From Basidiobolus meristosporus CBS 931.73 (Eukaryota; Fungi; Basidiobolomycota): DNA of 49,625 nucleotides. The translations under genes were made by a program, and so were the position numbers. How positions within the stretch are numbered: position 1 is the first letter of the stretch; each line of letters starts with the position of its first letter. The stretch covers positions 1 to 49,625 of the forward strand of contig MCFE01000651.1 in the NCBI GenBank assembly GCA_002104905.1, read 5' to 3'. Of the stretch, positions 21,194-33,756 are shown piece after piece. A model generated the notes under the pieces. It saw nothing but the letters and a program-made list of their open reading frames with translations, was not told the DNA's origin and did not search any database.

Positions 21194-24100
21194 TAGATAA
21201 ATCAGCCTTAACTGAGAATATTGAGTATGCAAGACAAATAAGCCCTCTTTGCGCGACTACCCTACTCTCACAGTATCATAGACTATCAATCCACGGTAGA
21301 CACGGTGTACCAGTCCAAAAAGAATCGACATTTGGCAATACCCCACAACGACACACACCGGAGGAACAGGGACACTGTAGGGTAAATAGTGCATGCAACA
21401 TAGCCGGGTAGAGAAGCTCAATCAGCGTTGTGTATCAACTACCGCATTTGGAGAACTGGTGGGCTCCTACCTTAAGATGTCAGTGAGCCCTATTTAGCGC
21501 CAGTTTCAATGTTTGTGTACTCATTCCATCGATCTGTAAATAGTTGTATCGATATTGGGGGTTAAATTGCCGTAAATGTGATTTTTGGTTCAAGTCGACA
21601 TACGATTGCATTATTCGTGAGACGCAAAATGACTCATACTACGATTTCTCAAGCAAGGGCTTGAAGCGTGCACACAGGAATGGCACTGTTCTTACGTAGT
21701 TCGTTATTTCATAGTCAATTACTCTAGTCCGGAGTAGTTTATATAATACTGTTATTTTCGTCGATTTCAATATTATGGGATTTGGCCACGAAATGAGTGA
21801 AAATTTTTATCGATTTTTCCCCTATAAATAGGGGGCATCTGTCGTTTGGTATCGTTACGACTGTACTTTACAGGATTATGTATATAGTACATTCCCAGTC
21901 TTTGTTTCCCAACAAAGACACTAATACCAAGCTGGTAGATGAGATGTAGTGCGCTGTCCGTAAAGGGAAGTGTGAACAGTGGCCGATCGGTCTTTCGGGA
22001 CCTTAGGACCTGTTCAGTTGATGAACTTGCCGGTTGATTATTCCAACAGCCTGGCGAGGACGGTCTGCACATTCTGACAGCTTGTTGTTAACCAAATATC
22101 ATCAAAAATCAAATCAAAATACCAATATCTTTCGCTACATATTCATATTGAAAATCAGCAAGCAAAGAAAAGAAAAATACTTAAAATTTTGATTGCAAAA
22201 TGACATACTTGGATTACAGTTTTCTGATCTTTAAAATCAAAATTCATAACTGGATGTTTAAGCGGGCACACAACTTTGCATAAAAATCGGAAAAGAGTAA
22301 GTCGGTAGTCGAACTTTATTGTAGCGGCTACTGGTGACCATCCACTCAGACTTGCCAACCTCTGACTGCTCCAGTGCGCTTGGTTTTCGTTGCTCTGTTG
22401 CCAGCCTCACGCGTTCCCCAAGTCTTTAATAACCTTGCCATCTCGCAATTACTTGAAGATGCCAATGTCAACACTAGGCTCCAGAGGACAACGCCCTCGA
22501 CATGGATCGAAATCATCAGCAGGGACCCACTACTCAAGCCTTCACCCAACCAGTTCTCCAGAAGCTTGAGCTACAGATAGACGCCACTCTACCCAACTGC
22601 TCACTTGTTCGAAAATCGAAATTTAGCAAAAGATAGAATGAAGGGGCTAAGAGTTATGGGATTGAGATTATTTATTACAATGCTTTAATATTCATTACCA
22701 TCGCTTTAGGTTACCTTTACTGTTCCTTAATAGACCCATACCACACTCACATACCTCAGGAATGACTGTATGGTGACACTCCTGCGTAATGATTTCGGGC
22801 AATAGCTATCTGTGCTGGGTCATAGGGCCAGTGGGGGGGGGTACAGAGAGGCATTGTAATTATCAATCTATTTATCTCGCTTCTAGCTCGATCCCCTAGT
22901 ACCACAGACACTGTTTCAAAGGTGAAGTCCTTACTCCGGTAAGTCAGGTCCAAAAGCGTACGTGTTCTCTTAAAATATGCCTTGCATTGTTGTATACTAC
23001 ACTCACATCTCAGTAACCATGGTCTATGGGTAGACAAATGCGCCAAAGAAAACGCTCAATCCGGAAGAAGAGTGTTTGACACGGTTATTCTGGAGATTGC
23101 CGACTTGATTCCTCATAGCTCATCTTACAATGGGAAGTGCGGAGTTTGGCTGGCATACCAACGAATGCACCGAAGTATTGAGGATGCATGGCTGTTATCG
23201 TACTTCTATTTCTCATTCAAAAAGGCTTCATTGAAATGAATGAACAAACCTGCGGTGTTACATACTCAGTTTTCTTGCCACCAACGCAGTGAATGTAGCC
23301 TCGATTCGGGTCTATCATCTCAGCCCAACACTATGCCAAGACTTAACCCGCTCTAGAGACATGAACAACTTGACTGGATTGATGGCCTAACCGAATATTT
23401 TGTTATGGCTTGACAAGGACAATGAACAGCACTTATTGATTCATTAAATTGCACTTTGCACATTTCACCAGTACTCTTGGTTCAACTCTAAGTAGGGCAA
23501 TAGTGGCAATACCAATGCTACCTAAAAGTCTAACAACGCACTTGTATGCACAAGCTCATGTCGTGATATGAGGGAAAGAGGATCAGGCAGTTAGTGCCCA
23601 GATGGTAAATATCTTAATCTTCAGTGTGTATTTCCACGGGTAAAGTCTTATTAATGTAAGCTGCGGATAAACTTCACCACTTTAATGAATGGAAAGTAGT
23701 AAGCTTCTTATCCACAAAGCCATTGCATACCACTTAGTCATATCTATATTTACTTGTATGTGGAATGACGAAAAATCAAAGAGTCATCCAACAAACACTT
23801 GCGTGTTATTGCAAATAGCGGCATCTAGATTTAAAATCAAGATTCATCGGTATTTTTGGGGTTCTCTAGCTAGTGTTTATCGCAGACCATGTGCAACAAT
23901 GTTATATATCATTTATACTTTATAAGCGACAGTGTTACCTAGGACTTTGCATATCCCGATTGAATATCATTACCGCTTTAAGTCTCAAACGGTATTCACT
24001 CTCATTCCATTGTTACAGACTGCTTAGCCACAACAGCCATAGAATGTACATGCTACAGTAAACGTAATTATCAACATTGTCTATGCATCTCGAGGTCCTG

Positions 24101-24457
24101 ATTTACTTTCCCGTTAGAGACCAAAGATGCCTTATTGGTGTAGAACTACCCCTACACAATAGCATATCTGATGAGCAACCCGGTTTATGGATTTTGATTT
24201 TGTGTATTAATACCACATTAACTCTGTACCACTATGCCATAATGCTGCAGCTTTGTGGAACTGGTTTACATTACCCAGGTAGCCTTCTGAGCTGGTTTAC
24301 ATTACCCGGGTAACTTTCTTCTCTTGCACAACCATTTGTAGAGCTAGCCACAGCGACTATTGACAAAAGTATGTGCAACAATGGGGAAATGACGCCTATA
24401 TATTGAGCTCACCTTGCTGCTAGACATCATTCACACACTAAGCTCTCAATCAAAACA

Positions 24458-24655
24458 ATGATGAAGAAACTTGCAGTCTCCTTGATGGTCGCCTTCCTTG
24501 TGGCCAGCTCCAGTTCCGGCTCCGTAGATGCTCTCTCGTGCCAAGCCCAAGGGAACTCAAGAGGCTCCTTGTGCGTTTCCGGTAGCTGCCCCACCGGTTG
24601 GAGATCCGTGTTCTGGGATACTGGATGCAAGTCTGGCCAAAGATGCTGTATCTGA
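24458..24655 (+). CDS. Beta-defensin-like secreted peptide, copy 1
   Basis: Signal peptide plus 40-aa mature peptide C-x10-C-x4-C-x12-C-x5-CC, net about +3; TATA-like element ~24397. Confidence 0.85.
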   Translation: MMKKLAVSLMVAFLVASSSSGSVDALSCQAQGNSRGSLCVSGSCPTGWRSVFWDTGCKSGQRCCI

Positions 24656-25732
24656 TAATCAATAAATCCAATATGTTCAATGTTGAATTTACACACAATA
24701 ATGCAGATGCTAGAAACAGAACAGAGTATTCGGAGATTGGCGCTTAAGAAGCAAGCAGTAACTATGGCCAAAGTGTAGCAAAACATGTTAGCCTCCTCTT
24801 TATGTGAGTGAGTGTTTTGCACAGAGGAAGGATAAGTAACAGTGTACATGATGTCCTGTATTGCTCATGCGTCAAGAGGACTTGCTTACTTTACATATTA
24901 CAACTTTCCTTACCTGCCATTATGGAGGCCAGTTGTGTTGACACTCTCTACTTGCGCCCTTCAGGCATAAGTCAAAGTTTGATATTCCGGAACACCAAAG
25001 ATGTTGTATCTACCTAATAAATTATCTAATGAATTATCGGGTAAGTCGTTGTAAAGAATACATCATATTTCAATTCCCAAGTGGGACAGCAATCTCATAT
25101 CTATATTTACTTGTAGCAAAATCAATGCAAGTCGTTACAAACACTAAAGTTATATCAAATACTTGCGTGTTATTGCAAATAGCAGCATCTAGGCTTAAAA
25201 ATCAAGGTTCATTTATACTTTATAAGCGACAGTGTTACCTAGGACTTCGCGTATCTCGATTGAATATCATTACCGCTTTAAGTCTCAAATGGTAGATTTG
25301 ACTGTAATCAATGTACCCACACTCATTCCGTTGTCACAGACTGCTTAGCCACAACAGCCATGGAATGTACATGTTACAGTAAACGTAATTATCGAGATTG
25401 TCTATGCATCTTGAGGTCTTGATTTACTTTCCAGTTAGAGGCCAAAGATGCTTTATTGGTGTAGGACTACCACTACACAATAGCATGTCTGATGAGCAAC
25501 CCGGTTCATGGATTGCCAATTTGTTTTTGTGTATTAACATCATCTCAATGCTGCAGCTCTGTGTAACTGGTTTACATTACCCAGGTAGCCTTCTTCTCTT
25601 GTACAACCATTCCTAGAGCTAGCCACAGCGACTATTGACAAAAGTATGTACAACAATGTGGAAATGACGCCTATATATTGAGCCAACCCTGCTGCTAGAC
25701 ATCATTCACACACTAAGCTCTCAATAAAAACA

Positions 25733-25930
25733 ATGATGAAGAAGTTTGCAGTCTCCCTGATGGTCGCCTACCTTGTGGCCAGCTCCAGTTCCGGCTCCGT
25801 AGATGCTCTCTCGTGCCAAGCCCAAGGGAACTCAAGAGGCTCCTTGTGCGTTTCCGGTAGCTGCCCCACCGGTTGGAGATCCGTGCTCTGGGATACCGGA
25901 TGCAAGTCCGGCCAGAGATGCTGTATCTGA
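25733..25930 (+). CDS. Beta-defensin-like secreted peptide, copy 2
   Basis: As copy 1; one F->L change in the mature peptide. Confidence 0.85.
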   Translation: MMKKFAVSLMVAYLVASSSSGSVDALSCQAQGNSRGSLCVSGSCPTGWRSVLWDTGCKSGQRCCI

Positions 25931-26997
25931 TAATCAATAAATCCAGTACGTTCAATGTGGAACGTACACATGACAATGCAGATGCTAGAGACAAGCCGTA
26001 TTGTATATACGGAGATTAGTGCTTAAGAAGCAAGATGCAACTATATAGCAGTATAATGGGAGTCAATAGTATAGCAAAATATGCTGGTCTCATCTTTGGG
26101 GCTTAATATGTGCAACTGTATCGGGAACCATCTATTGAACTGTTGTTTGCCACAGTGCTATATATCATTTACACTGTATAAGCAACAATGCTGCATATCA
26201 TGATTGCTATAACTGTCAATAAGTAGAGTGAATGTAACCATTACATTGTTATTCGTGTATAGAGCTGGTTTACATATCCCATTGTTACAGACTGCCTAGC
26301 CACAACAACCGTTGAGTGAGTGCTTTGCAAAGAGGAAGGATAATTAGCAGTGTACGTAATAACCTATATTGCACATGCTTCAAGAGTACTTGTTTACTTT
26401 ACAGGTTACAACTCTCCTTACCTGCCATTATTGAGGCCAGCTGTGTTGACACTCTCTACTTGCGCCCTTCAGGTATTGATCAAAGGTTGGTATTCCGGGA
26501 CACCAAAGATGTTGTATCTACCTAATAAATTATCTAATGAACTATCGGCAAAGTAGTTCTACACTTGAAACTAACAGGGAAGGCTTACTTTCAGCCGTGT
26601 GGTACTGCATTTAGAACATTCTTCGTAGATGAGTGTATTGCACGGCAAAAGCTGTGTGGCACAAAATGTGATGAGTAGCCCAGTTCAAGGATTGCTACCT
26701 TTGATTTTGCATATTATTGCCGCATCATTTATATGTATGAATAAAGAGGTGACACTATGCCATACAAGAAATACCATTTAAATGCTACTGCTCTTTTGAT
26801 GTTGGCCATCAATACATATAATTTCCTGGAACTGGTTTACATTACCGAGGTAACCTTCTTCTCTTGTACAACCATTCGTAGAGCTAGCCACAGCGACTAT
26901 TGACAAAAGTATGTGCAGCAATGTGGAAATGACGCCTATATATTGAGCTAACCTTGCTGCTAGACATCATTCACACACTAATCTCTCAATCAAAACA

Positions 26998-27195
26998 ATG
27001 ATGAAGAAATTTGCTGTCTCCTTGATGGTCGCCTTCCTTGTGGCCAGCTCCAGTTCCGGCTCCGTAGATGCTCTCTCGTGCCAAGCCCAAGGGAACTCAA
27101 GAGGCTCCTTGTGCGTTTCCGGTAGCTGCCCCACCGGTTGGAGATCCGTGTTCTGGGATACTGGATGCAAGTCTGGCCAGAGATGCTGTATCTGA
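26998..27195 (+). CDS. Beta-defensin-like secreted peptide, copy 3
   Basis: Mature peptide identical to copy 1; 3' UTR interrupted by piggyBac. Confidence 0.85.
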   Translation: MMKKFAVSLMVAFLVASSSSGSVDALSCQAQGNSRGSLCVSGSCPTGWRSVFWDTGCKSGQRCCI

Positions 27196-27202
27196 TGATT
27201 AA

Positions 27203-29477
27203 CAAGTAGAGATTCGGCCGGACCATTTGGTCCAAATTGGACCAAATGGTCTAATTAAATACAATTGTTTTTTCTGGATGGGTGTCTTACTTTGTTTATT
27301 TCATATCATATTCTGATAAACAAGAATCTGAATATTTATTTTTTGGAGTTGTTTTGATAATTCGTCATATTCGTTTTATCTTTTCTTAAGACTTAAACCA
27401 TGCCTCCTGCCAGTAAACATCTTGATGTTAATGTGCGTGTATCAGTATCCAAGCGATTTATCAAACATAAGGAAGTCAAACGACTTTTATCTCTGCGTTT
27501 TGACTGGAATACACCTGGTTTGAGCTTCAAGGGAGTTACCACTGCACGCTCAACAGTCAACGGCAATTTGAAATATGATGTGATTTTGGATCTGGTACCG
27601 GGGATTACATTGACTCTTTCACAAAACTGTTTAAAGTATATCAAGACTAACAGTAATGATACCTTGGGAAACATTGAACCTGCAACTGCTAATACTACCG
27701 AGAGTATTGTTACTAAAGACCTATTGGAGGATGCAATCCAAGAAGAGGAGCAGGAGGAAGATGAAATTGACCTTACTGCAGCAGACACCTGGATAACTGG
27801 GGAAGTATATATTGATTCCCGTACAAGTGGGCCAGCTGATGGTTTTACCTCCTTGAAAGCTTGGTTAAATATGAAAAATGCTAGAAATGCCTCACCACTG
27901 GATTATTTCTTGTTCTTCCTTCCTTTAGATCACTTTCGCACTATCGTTTGGAGGATTAATACTTATGCAACTAGCATTGGCCCCTGGACTGACATTACAT
28001 TTGCCGAGTACATGATGTGGATTGCATTAATCAATCATTCCGACAAAAAAGCTTACTGGAAGAAAGGCTCTTCTCATTTCTTAATGAACATTGACTTTAC
28101 GGAATATATGTCGTATAGAAGATTTAAAGAGATTCTGAAAATGCACGTTCTTGAAATCCCTTCCCGAGAACATCAAGAAATCGATGCTCTTTATCAAATT
28201 AGATCAACTATTGACGCCTTTAATGAGCACATGAAAACTTGTTTAGAGCCCTGCAAGTATTTAGTCATTGACGAATCAATGAATCAATGGTTAGGAGCTG
28301 GTTTGCCCAATGTTAAGAAAGTCCCAAGGAAGCCGCATCCCATCGGACAGGAGTTCAAGACTTTAGCAGACCATCACACTGCTTGTATCCTGAGAATAGA
28401 TACAGTGAGTGATTGGTTACAGAAGGAATATGACAATGATCCTGGTATGTCCAAGTTGACTTCCACTGTCAAGCGATTAGTCAAGCCTTGGTTTGGTACT
28501 GGCCGTACCGTTATTGCTGACTCTTGGTTCGGATCCCCAAATATGACAATGATGCTGGCTGAACTTGGTCTGTATTCCATTATGCAAGTGACTAAACGCT
28601 GCTACTGGCCATGTGGTATGCCCACCACCGATATTGTTGCCAGTGTTGGCAACTTGTATTGTAGAATCCTGTCTTGAAGAAACAACATGTGCTCCATTTA
28701 CTATATTTGTAGGTTCGGTTGATGCTGCTAATAACCTTCAAGATAATTTGACATCTTATCATGATGTTATATGTACAGAAAGATGGGAGATGCGTTTCTA
28801 CGGCTTCATCCTGGGTATCTGTGACGCCAATGCCTATAGCTCTTATTGTACATTTTCTTATCAAAAGCGTGGCGTATCTCATTTCTCTTTCAAGGATATT
28901 TTAGCATACAATTTCTTGCAATATTGTAAGAATTTGGCCGGTTCAGACATCAAGGGGCCCTTGGGTAGTCAGAGGCAACTCAGAAGTGATGAAAATCACA
29001 CTTACCTGTCGATGAGTAAAGGTTATGGCTCAAAGCGCCGTAGATTAGCTTGCAAAACTTGTACTGCCGCTCATGTTACAAGCACTAAGGTTGAGTTTTC
29101 ATGCAGTTGCAACCCTGGCCACCCAATGTGTAAGGACTGCTATACCAGGCACTTGAAGGTGGTATATGAAAAAACAAATAATGCTCAATAATTCTTCGCA
29201 GTAAGTAGGATTGGCCATGAAATGTTTGAAATATAATTGCTTAAAGCCATACCCATTATTCATCAATGAAGTGTTAGACCATTTGGTCCGATTAAAATTT
29301 GCCAAAAGTTGCTTCAGTAAAGGTAATATAAGACAAAGTATTTGCAACCATTTTGAAAAAATTAAAATACCAGCACAAAGTGTATACCAGAGAGATTTCA
29401 TAAACTTCATTTAGACTTCATATATCCTTGCTATGAGGTCAAAATAATTTAAATACAATTGGGCTAATCTCTACTTG
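27203..29477 (+). mobile_element. piggyBac-family DNA transposon, 2275 bp, TTAA target-site duplication
   Basis: TTAA at 27199-27202 and 29478-29481; 12-bp TIR CAAGTAGAGATT; subterminal GACCATTTGGTCC repeats. Flanks rejoin to the defensin 3' UTR seen in copies 1 and 2. Confidence 0.92.
27400..29191 (+). pseudogene. piggyBac transposase, frameshifted near 28.6-28.7 kb
   Basis: VIDESM, KPHPIG, VIADSWFGS and VDAANNL (DDD motifs); C-terminal Cys-rich CKTC..CSC..CKDC..H; split over two frames. Confidence 0.88.
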
Positions 29478-29866
29478 TTAATAAATCTATTACGTTCAAT
29501 GTTGAATGCTAGAAATAATGCAAGTATACAAAGTAGCTGGATAAAGAAGTAAACAGTGTATGTTGGGGTATTCTAACCATACATGCTACACATCATTTAC
29601 AACAGTATAAATAAAAGTGCTACTCTGTCAAAAACCTCTGGTGGATGCTGGACAATAAGTATAAATACACTGGTAGATGTATGTGACTATTTATTCCCAT
29701 AAGATCAAGGCCTGGGATCCCATTATAATCACTAATTAGTCTTAGTGCTTCTGTTTGATGCTTCCTATTCTGTTTATAGAATCATCAACCTAGACTAGTG
29801 CTTCCAACAGTAATATTTGTGTGTGAATTTCATGATAGCATATTACCAAATCTTGTGAAAGGTTAT

Positions 29867-29920
29867 TCACCCTATTCACCCTACTCACCCTACTCACCCT
29901 ACTCACCCTACTCACCCTAT
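29867..29920. repeat. 9-bp minisatellite (TCACCCTAY)6
   Basis: Six contiguous units. Confidence 0.9.
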
Positions 29921-30584
29921 TAGGATCACTTAACCTACAGGCAAGCTCCCAAATACATAAACTGCCAATAGATAGTAATAAAAGGGTAAAATAAATCTAG
30001 CAAAATACCTATATGGCTGCAGGAGTACTCAAAATAAGAGTTCTAGATAATCTATTTTTCCTGCTTAGAAACACGTTGATTTCTTCAGCACTTACATAGA
30101 TCAGCGCAATGGCTGTTGCAGATTCAAAGTGGCGTCCGGCTGATAGATGCTTAACGGTCTCAAGGTTATTTAGGATATACGTTGAGTTCTAGGTTGTTTG
30201 GTAACAGAAATTAAACAAAGCCTTTTCTAAAGGAAGCCAGCGCTACTAAGGCAAAAGCAAAGACCTCAGGGGTGCCATATCATATTAACCGCAACAGAAA
30301 AGGATTGTCTTCAGAAGTACGGAGCATGTGACACGATACTGATTGCTGGAACAGATGCCTGTACATGGCAGTTGTACACGTATATCTGATCAAAAGCATG
30401 TAAAACTCTGCTCTCACGCTATACTTAGACAATCAAAGTAGCAGTTCACACATATATAATAAAGTGCAATGAACATAATACAGCTGGGTCAAAGGAATGT
30501 TTATTAATTCACAATGCTTCAGCTAAATATCCTTAACAGCAACATCTTCAAGAGTCCACCGGCTATGTAGGCACCAACCAAACC

Positions 30585-30803
30585 CTACGAGATTACCCAT
30601 GTCTGGCTATTCACACAGGCGGTCCCCTTTCTCCCTTCGAGGATCTGCTTGTAGGACAGTTCGCCAGTTCCGGGTCCTCTCCAAGTCCAGCGAATCCCTC
30701 TGACTGTGACTGAGGCGTAGTTTCCATTGTTAGCTCTCTTGGCTCTGGCAATTTCTTCTCTGACATCGGCAGCATAAAAACAGGCTTCTTGATCGGATAC
30801 CAT
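30585..30803 (-). CDS. 72-aa orphan protein (MVSDQEACFYAAD...)
   Basis: ATG in GCCATGG context 56 bp below AAGGTGATATAAA; coding-like composition in otherwise AT-rich DNA. Confidence 0.55.
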   Translation of the reverse strand: MVSDQEACFYAADVREEIARAKRANNGNYASVTVRGIRWTWRGPGTGELSYKQILEGRKGTACVNSQTWVIS

Positions 30804-32364
30804 GGCTGAGGAAATGGAGTGCAATAAGTCTTGAGACTGACAAGCCCACACCTGCTGCTTTATATCACCTTGTCCATATGGTGGCTTAGTGTTGGCTGCT
30901 TCATGTGCCCTTTTCTACTAAGTATAGTGGCTTCCCACTTCAAGTGCTAAGTCTTAGGCCAAGCTTGGAGAAATGATCTAGAACAGTTGAGGCCAAATCT
31001 GCAACATTACCTGAGAAAACAAGTTTTACAACATATTAGCTGACAATGACGTGCCGATTAAATGAGTAATTGCACAGAAAATATAGGAATCACTATCTTT
31101 CTCAACATACTTTTCTATTGAATAGCGAGGCAAGGAGCGTAACCAACTTCAATTCTGAGGCCATAGCCCATCGCCAAAATTCACCAACGGAAAGTCCAAC
31201 TCAAAGCCATTGAAATCATCACACATTTGTAGTCTCTATGGCCCTCGCTGATGTCTCACCGTGCATAATAATTTGCAGTACTGGCTAAACACAACAGTGA
31301 ATAATTCCTTCTTGCCGGCACCGTCTCTACGCACCATGCCGGTCATTGGCGACAAGGATTTGCACCAATCAGCAATGAGTCTGTTCTTGTAACTACAGGT
31401 TATATAATAAACCTTCCCAAAAGAATGACCGTGGTAGTCGGTGGCTGAGCTCTTAATCCGACGCTGTACTCCATCTGTGGCAGGGTGAAGTTAGCAATTG
31501 ATAAGAGTATGTGTCTAGCAAGAAAACATCGCCATCCAAGCCATCAATTGTAATAGCATAATTAAGTGAACAGTCACATTTGGCTTTTTCTTGACAAATA
31601 ACTAATTGAAAACGCGTGTACTACAATAAGAAATTCCCAAGCAGCCTCAACTATCCAAGGCACTATCCACTCAATATTCCCAACTCTTGGCGAACAGCTA
31701 ATCAATTTATTCTCGCCTGTACTGTGCTGTACACCCCATGACAGTCGTATCGTTCACCAATCAGCAACAACCCTAGGTTCTTGTAATAACAGGTTAATTT
31801 AATAAGTCTGCCCCAAAGCTTGACTGTGGTGGCTGCTCTCCAGTTGCGGCAGGGTCAGATCAGCAATATATTTAATCATGTGTATAGCAAGAAAACAGCA
31901 CTACCAAAGGACAATACCTTCCAGGCAATGACAGGACTATTGTAAGAGACACTTGCCTTAAAGATGGAATAAAGATACCAAAAGTGCATGTTAAGCTCAC
32001 AGGACTACACTGATACAAAGGAGTACCAAACCCCATTGAAATTGACTGCAACGACCTTGGACTTTCTCGACGGTAACCCTTAAGCTCATTAGTAAAAAAT
32101 TACCGAAGTCCTTACTAACACGGATAGTTATTGCAAAAACTGAGAGAATTTTGAATGATATTAAGGATATCATTGACCAGATCGCCTTCATTCATCACAC
32201 TTTGAAGTGCAGCCTATACTGTGTAGCCTTGGTTCGAAGAGGTAAAGTAGCAAAGGTTAAATCAATCTAGCTCGCATAAAGCTAGCGCTATGAACGAAGC
32301 CTAATTGAGTGGGATCGAGGTGATATAAATCGGCAAAATTCGCATGAGACTCCACCAGCCAGTC

Positions 32365-32889
32365 ATGCAGCTTTCCTTCCTCTTGCTAGTTTCCGCCATC
32401 GCTTCGTTGCAAGCAATTTCCGCTACCCCACTCGGTGAATCCCAGGTGGGCTACACCAATGAGCCATGTGTCGAACAACAGGGTGCTTGTTATCAGGACA
32501 CATCGGCCCCCGGTCAAGAATACCAGCCATCAACTGAGGAGGGGGATGATTCGGAGATGAGTGAGCCAATGCAGACAAGCGAGACTTCGGGTGAGCAAAC
32601 AGAATTCTCTGGGTTGCAAGGGTTTGATATTTCAAATTTACAACCATCACAAGCCTTGTTGGGCAACATCAATGGCCATTCCTCCAGTAAAGCCAATGCC
32701 CTGTCCAACTCAAACCAGTTCGACCAAGCGCAAGTCATCGACCAAACCCTCTACCAGCCCAAGCAGCAACAGCCACAAATTATCATCACTCAGCCAGCAG
32801 CGCGTGCGCTTAGAGGTGGGTACAAGAAGTATAAGAGATCTGCTCGTCGCCACTTCAAAGTTAGATATTTCAGTGGAAACAGACATTAA
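32365..32889 (+). CDS. Family A secreted protein, copy 3
   Basis: Intact ORF, near-identical to 7832-8362. Confidence 0.82.
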   Translation: MQLSFLLLVSAIASLQAISATPLGESQVGYTNEPCVEQQGACYQDTSAPGQEYQPSTEEGDDSEMSEPMQTSETSGEQTEFSGLQGFDISNLQPSQALLGNINGHSSSKANALSNSNQFDQAQVIDQTLYQPKQQQPQIIITQPAARALRGGYKKYKRSARRHFKVRYFSGNRH

Positions 32890-33065
32890 GTCTAGTGAAA
32901 GTAAATTTACGAAATAAAATGAGCAACATATTACTCGGTATACTGATGATGTACAGTACTCAAGAATTTGCTGATATGCACACACGGAAACAGTGGCATT
33001 TATCGTTGTACACAATGACATTGTGAGTATTGAAGAGAAGTATGGGCAGCGGTGATAGAGCCATG

Positions 33066-33087
33066 TATATATATATATATATATATA
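33066..33087. repeat. (TA)11 microsatellite
   Basis: Direct reading. Confidence 0.9.
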
Positions 33088-33258
33088 CAGAGGCTGTCAT
33101 TCCAGTGCATGTGTTTTATATGTTACAGGCTTCCTCAATAAAGTCTATAACAGAATGTAACAAGACTCACTTTATGCCCTCGACTTAACCTTATTATATA
33201 GCCTCCCATGCTATATAGCGGCCTATGCAACTAACTCATTTCTCAGCTATTCTTCAGC

Positions 33259-33756
33259 ATGCGCTCTACTACCGTAGCAGTGATTCTAGGCCTTGCCGCT
33301 CTTCAAGTTGCCGTTGCTGCCCCAATCGGCTGTTCTTCTCCATGCACTCGCGAGTATAGAAGGGTGCATTATCGCAGCTTACCATGTGCACAGTATGCGA
33401 GTGATTGCTACCAAAACGCTCGAGTTTTGCCTGTCGTTAAGACGACGAATGTCCAATCCCCGTTATTGCGCCAGGTTTTCACCACGGTGACCAGAAAGCA
33501 CGATAACCTGAACATTGCTAACGCCAACAGCAACAAAGGCTTCGATGTCAAGTATCAAGCAGGGCCCAGTCTCGAACTGGAGGGTGGGGCCAACGCATTA
33601 GAATACGCCAAGCAAAAGGGAGCGGAACACTCGGAAGATAGTTCTTTCTCTCCCTACGTTCTGATGCAGCCCACTCAAGATGTACAATACACAACCCCTG
33701 TGGCAGAGATGCAATGCGTAGAAGATTGTCCAGAGCAAAACGTTCAATACAATTAG
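33259..33756 (+). CDS. Family B secreted protein
   Basis: Signal peptide, APIGCSSPC+R/Y-rich N-terminus, core PLLRQVFTTVTRKHDNL..YQAGPSLE; stops slightly earlier than its paralogs. Confidence 0.8.
   Translation: MRSTTVAVILGLAALQVAVAAPIGCSSPCTREYRRVHYRSLPCAQYASDCYQNARVLPVVKTTNVQSPLLRQVFTTVTRKHDNLNIANANSNKGFDVKYQAGPSLELEGGANALEYAKQKGAEHSEDSSFSPYVLMQPTQDVQYTTPVAEMQCVEDCPEQNVQYN

Larger units (their letters stand above)
23795..27200. repeat. Tandem ~1.27-kb duplication unit carrying the defensin-like gene (3 copies, third partial)
   Basis: ATG spacing 1275 and 1265 bp; shared upstream and downstream blocks. Confidence 0.85.
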
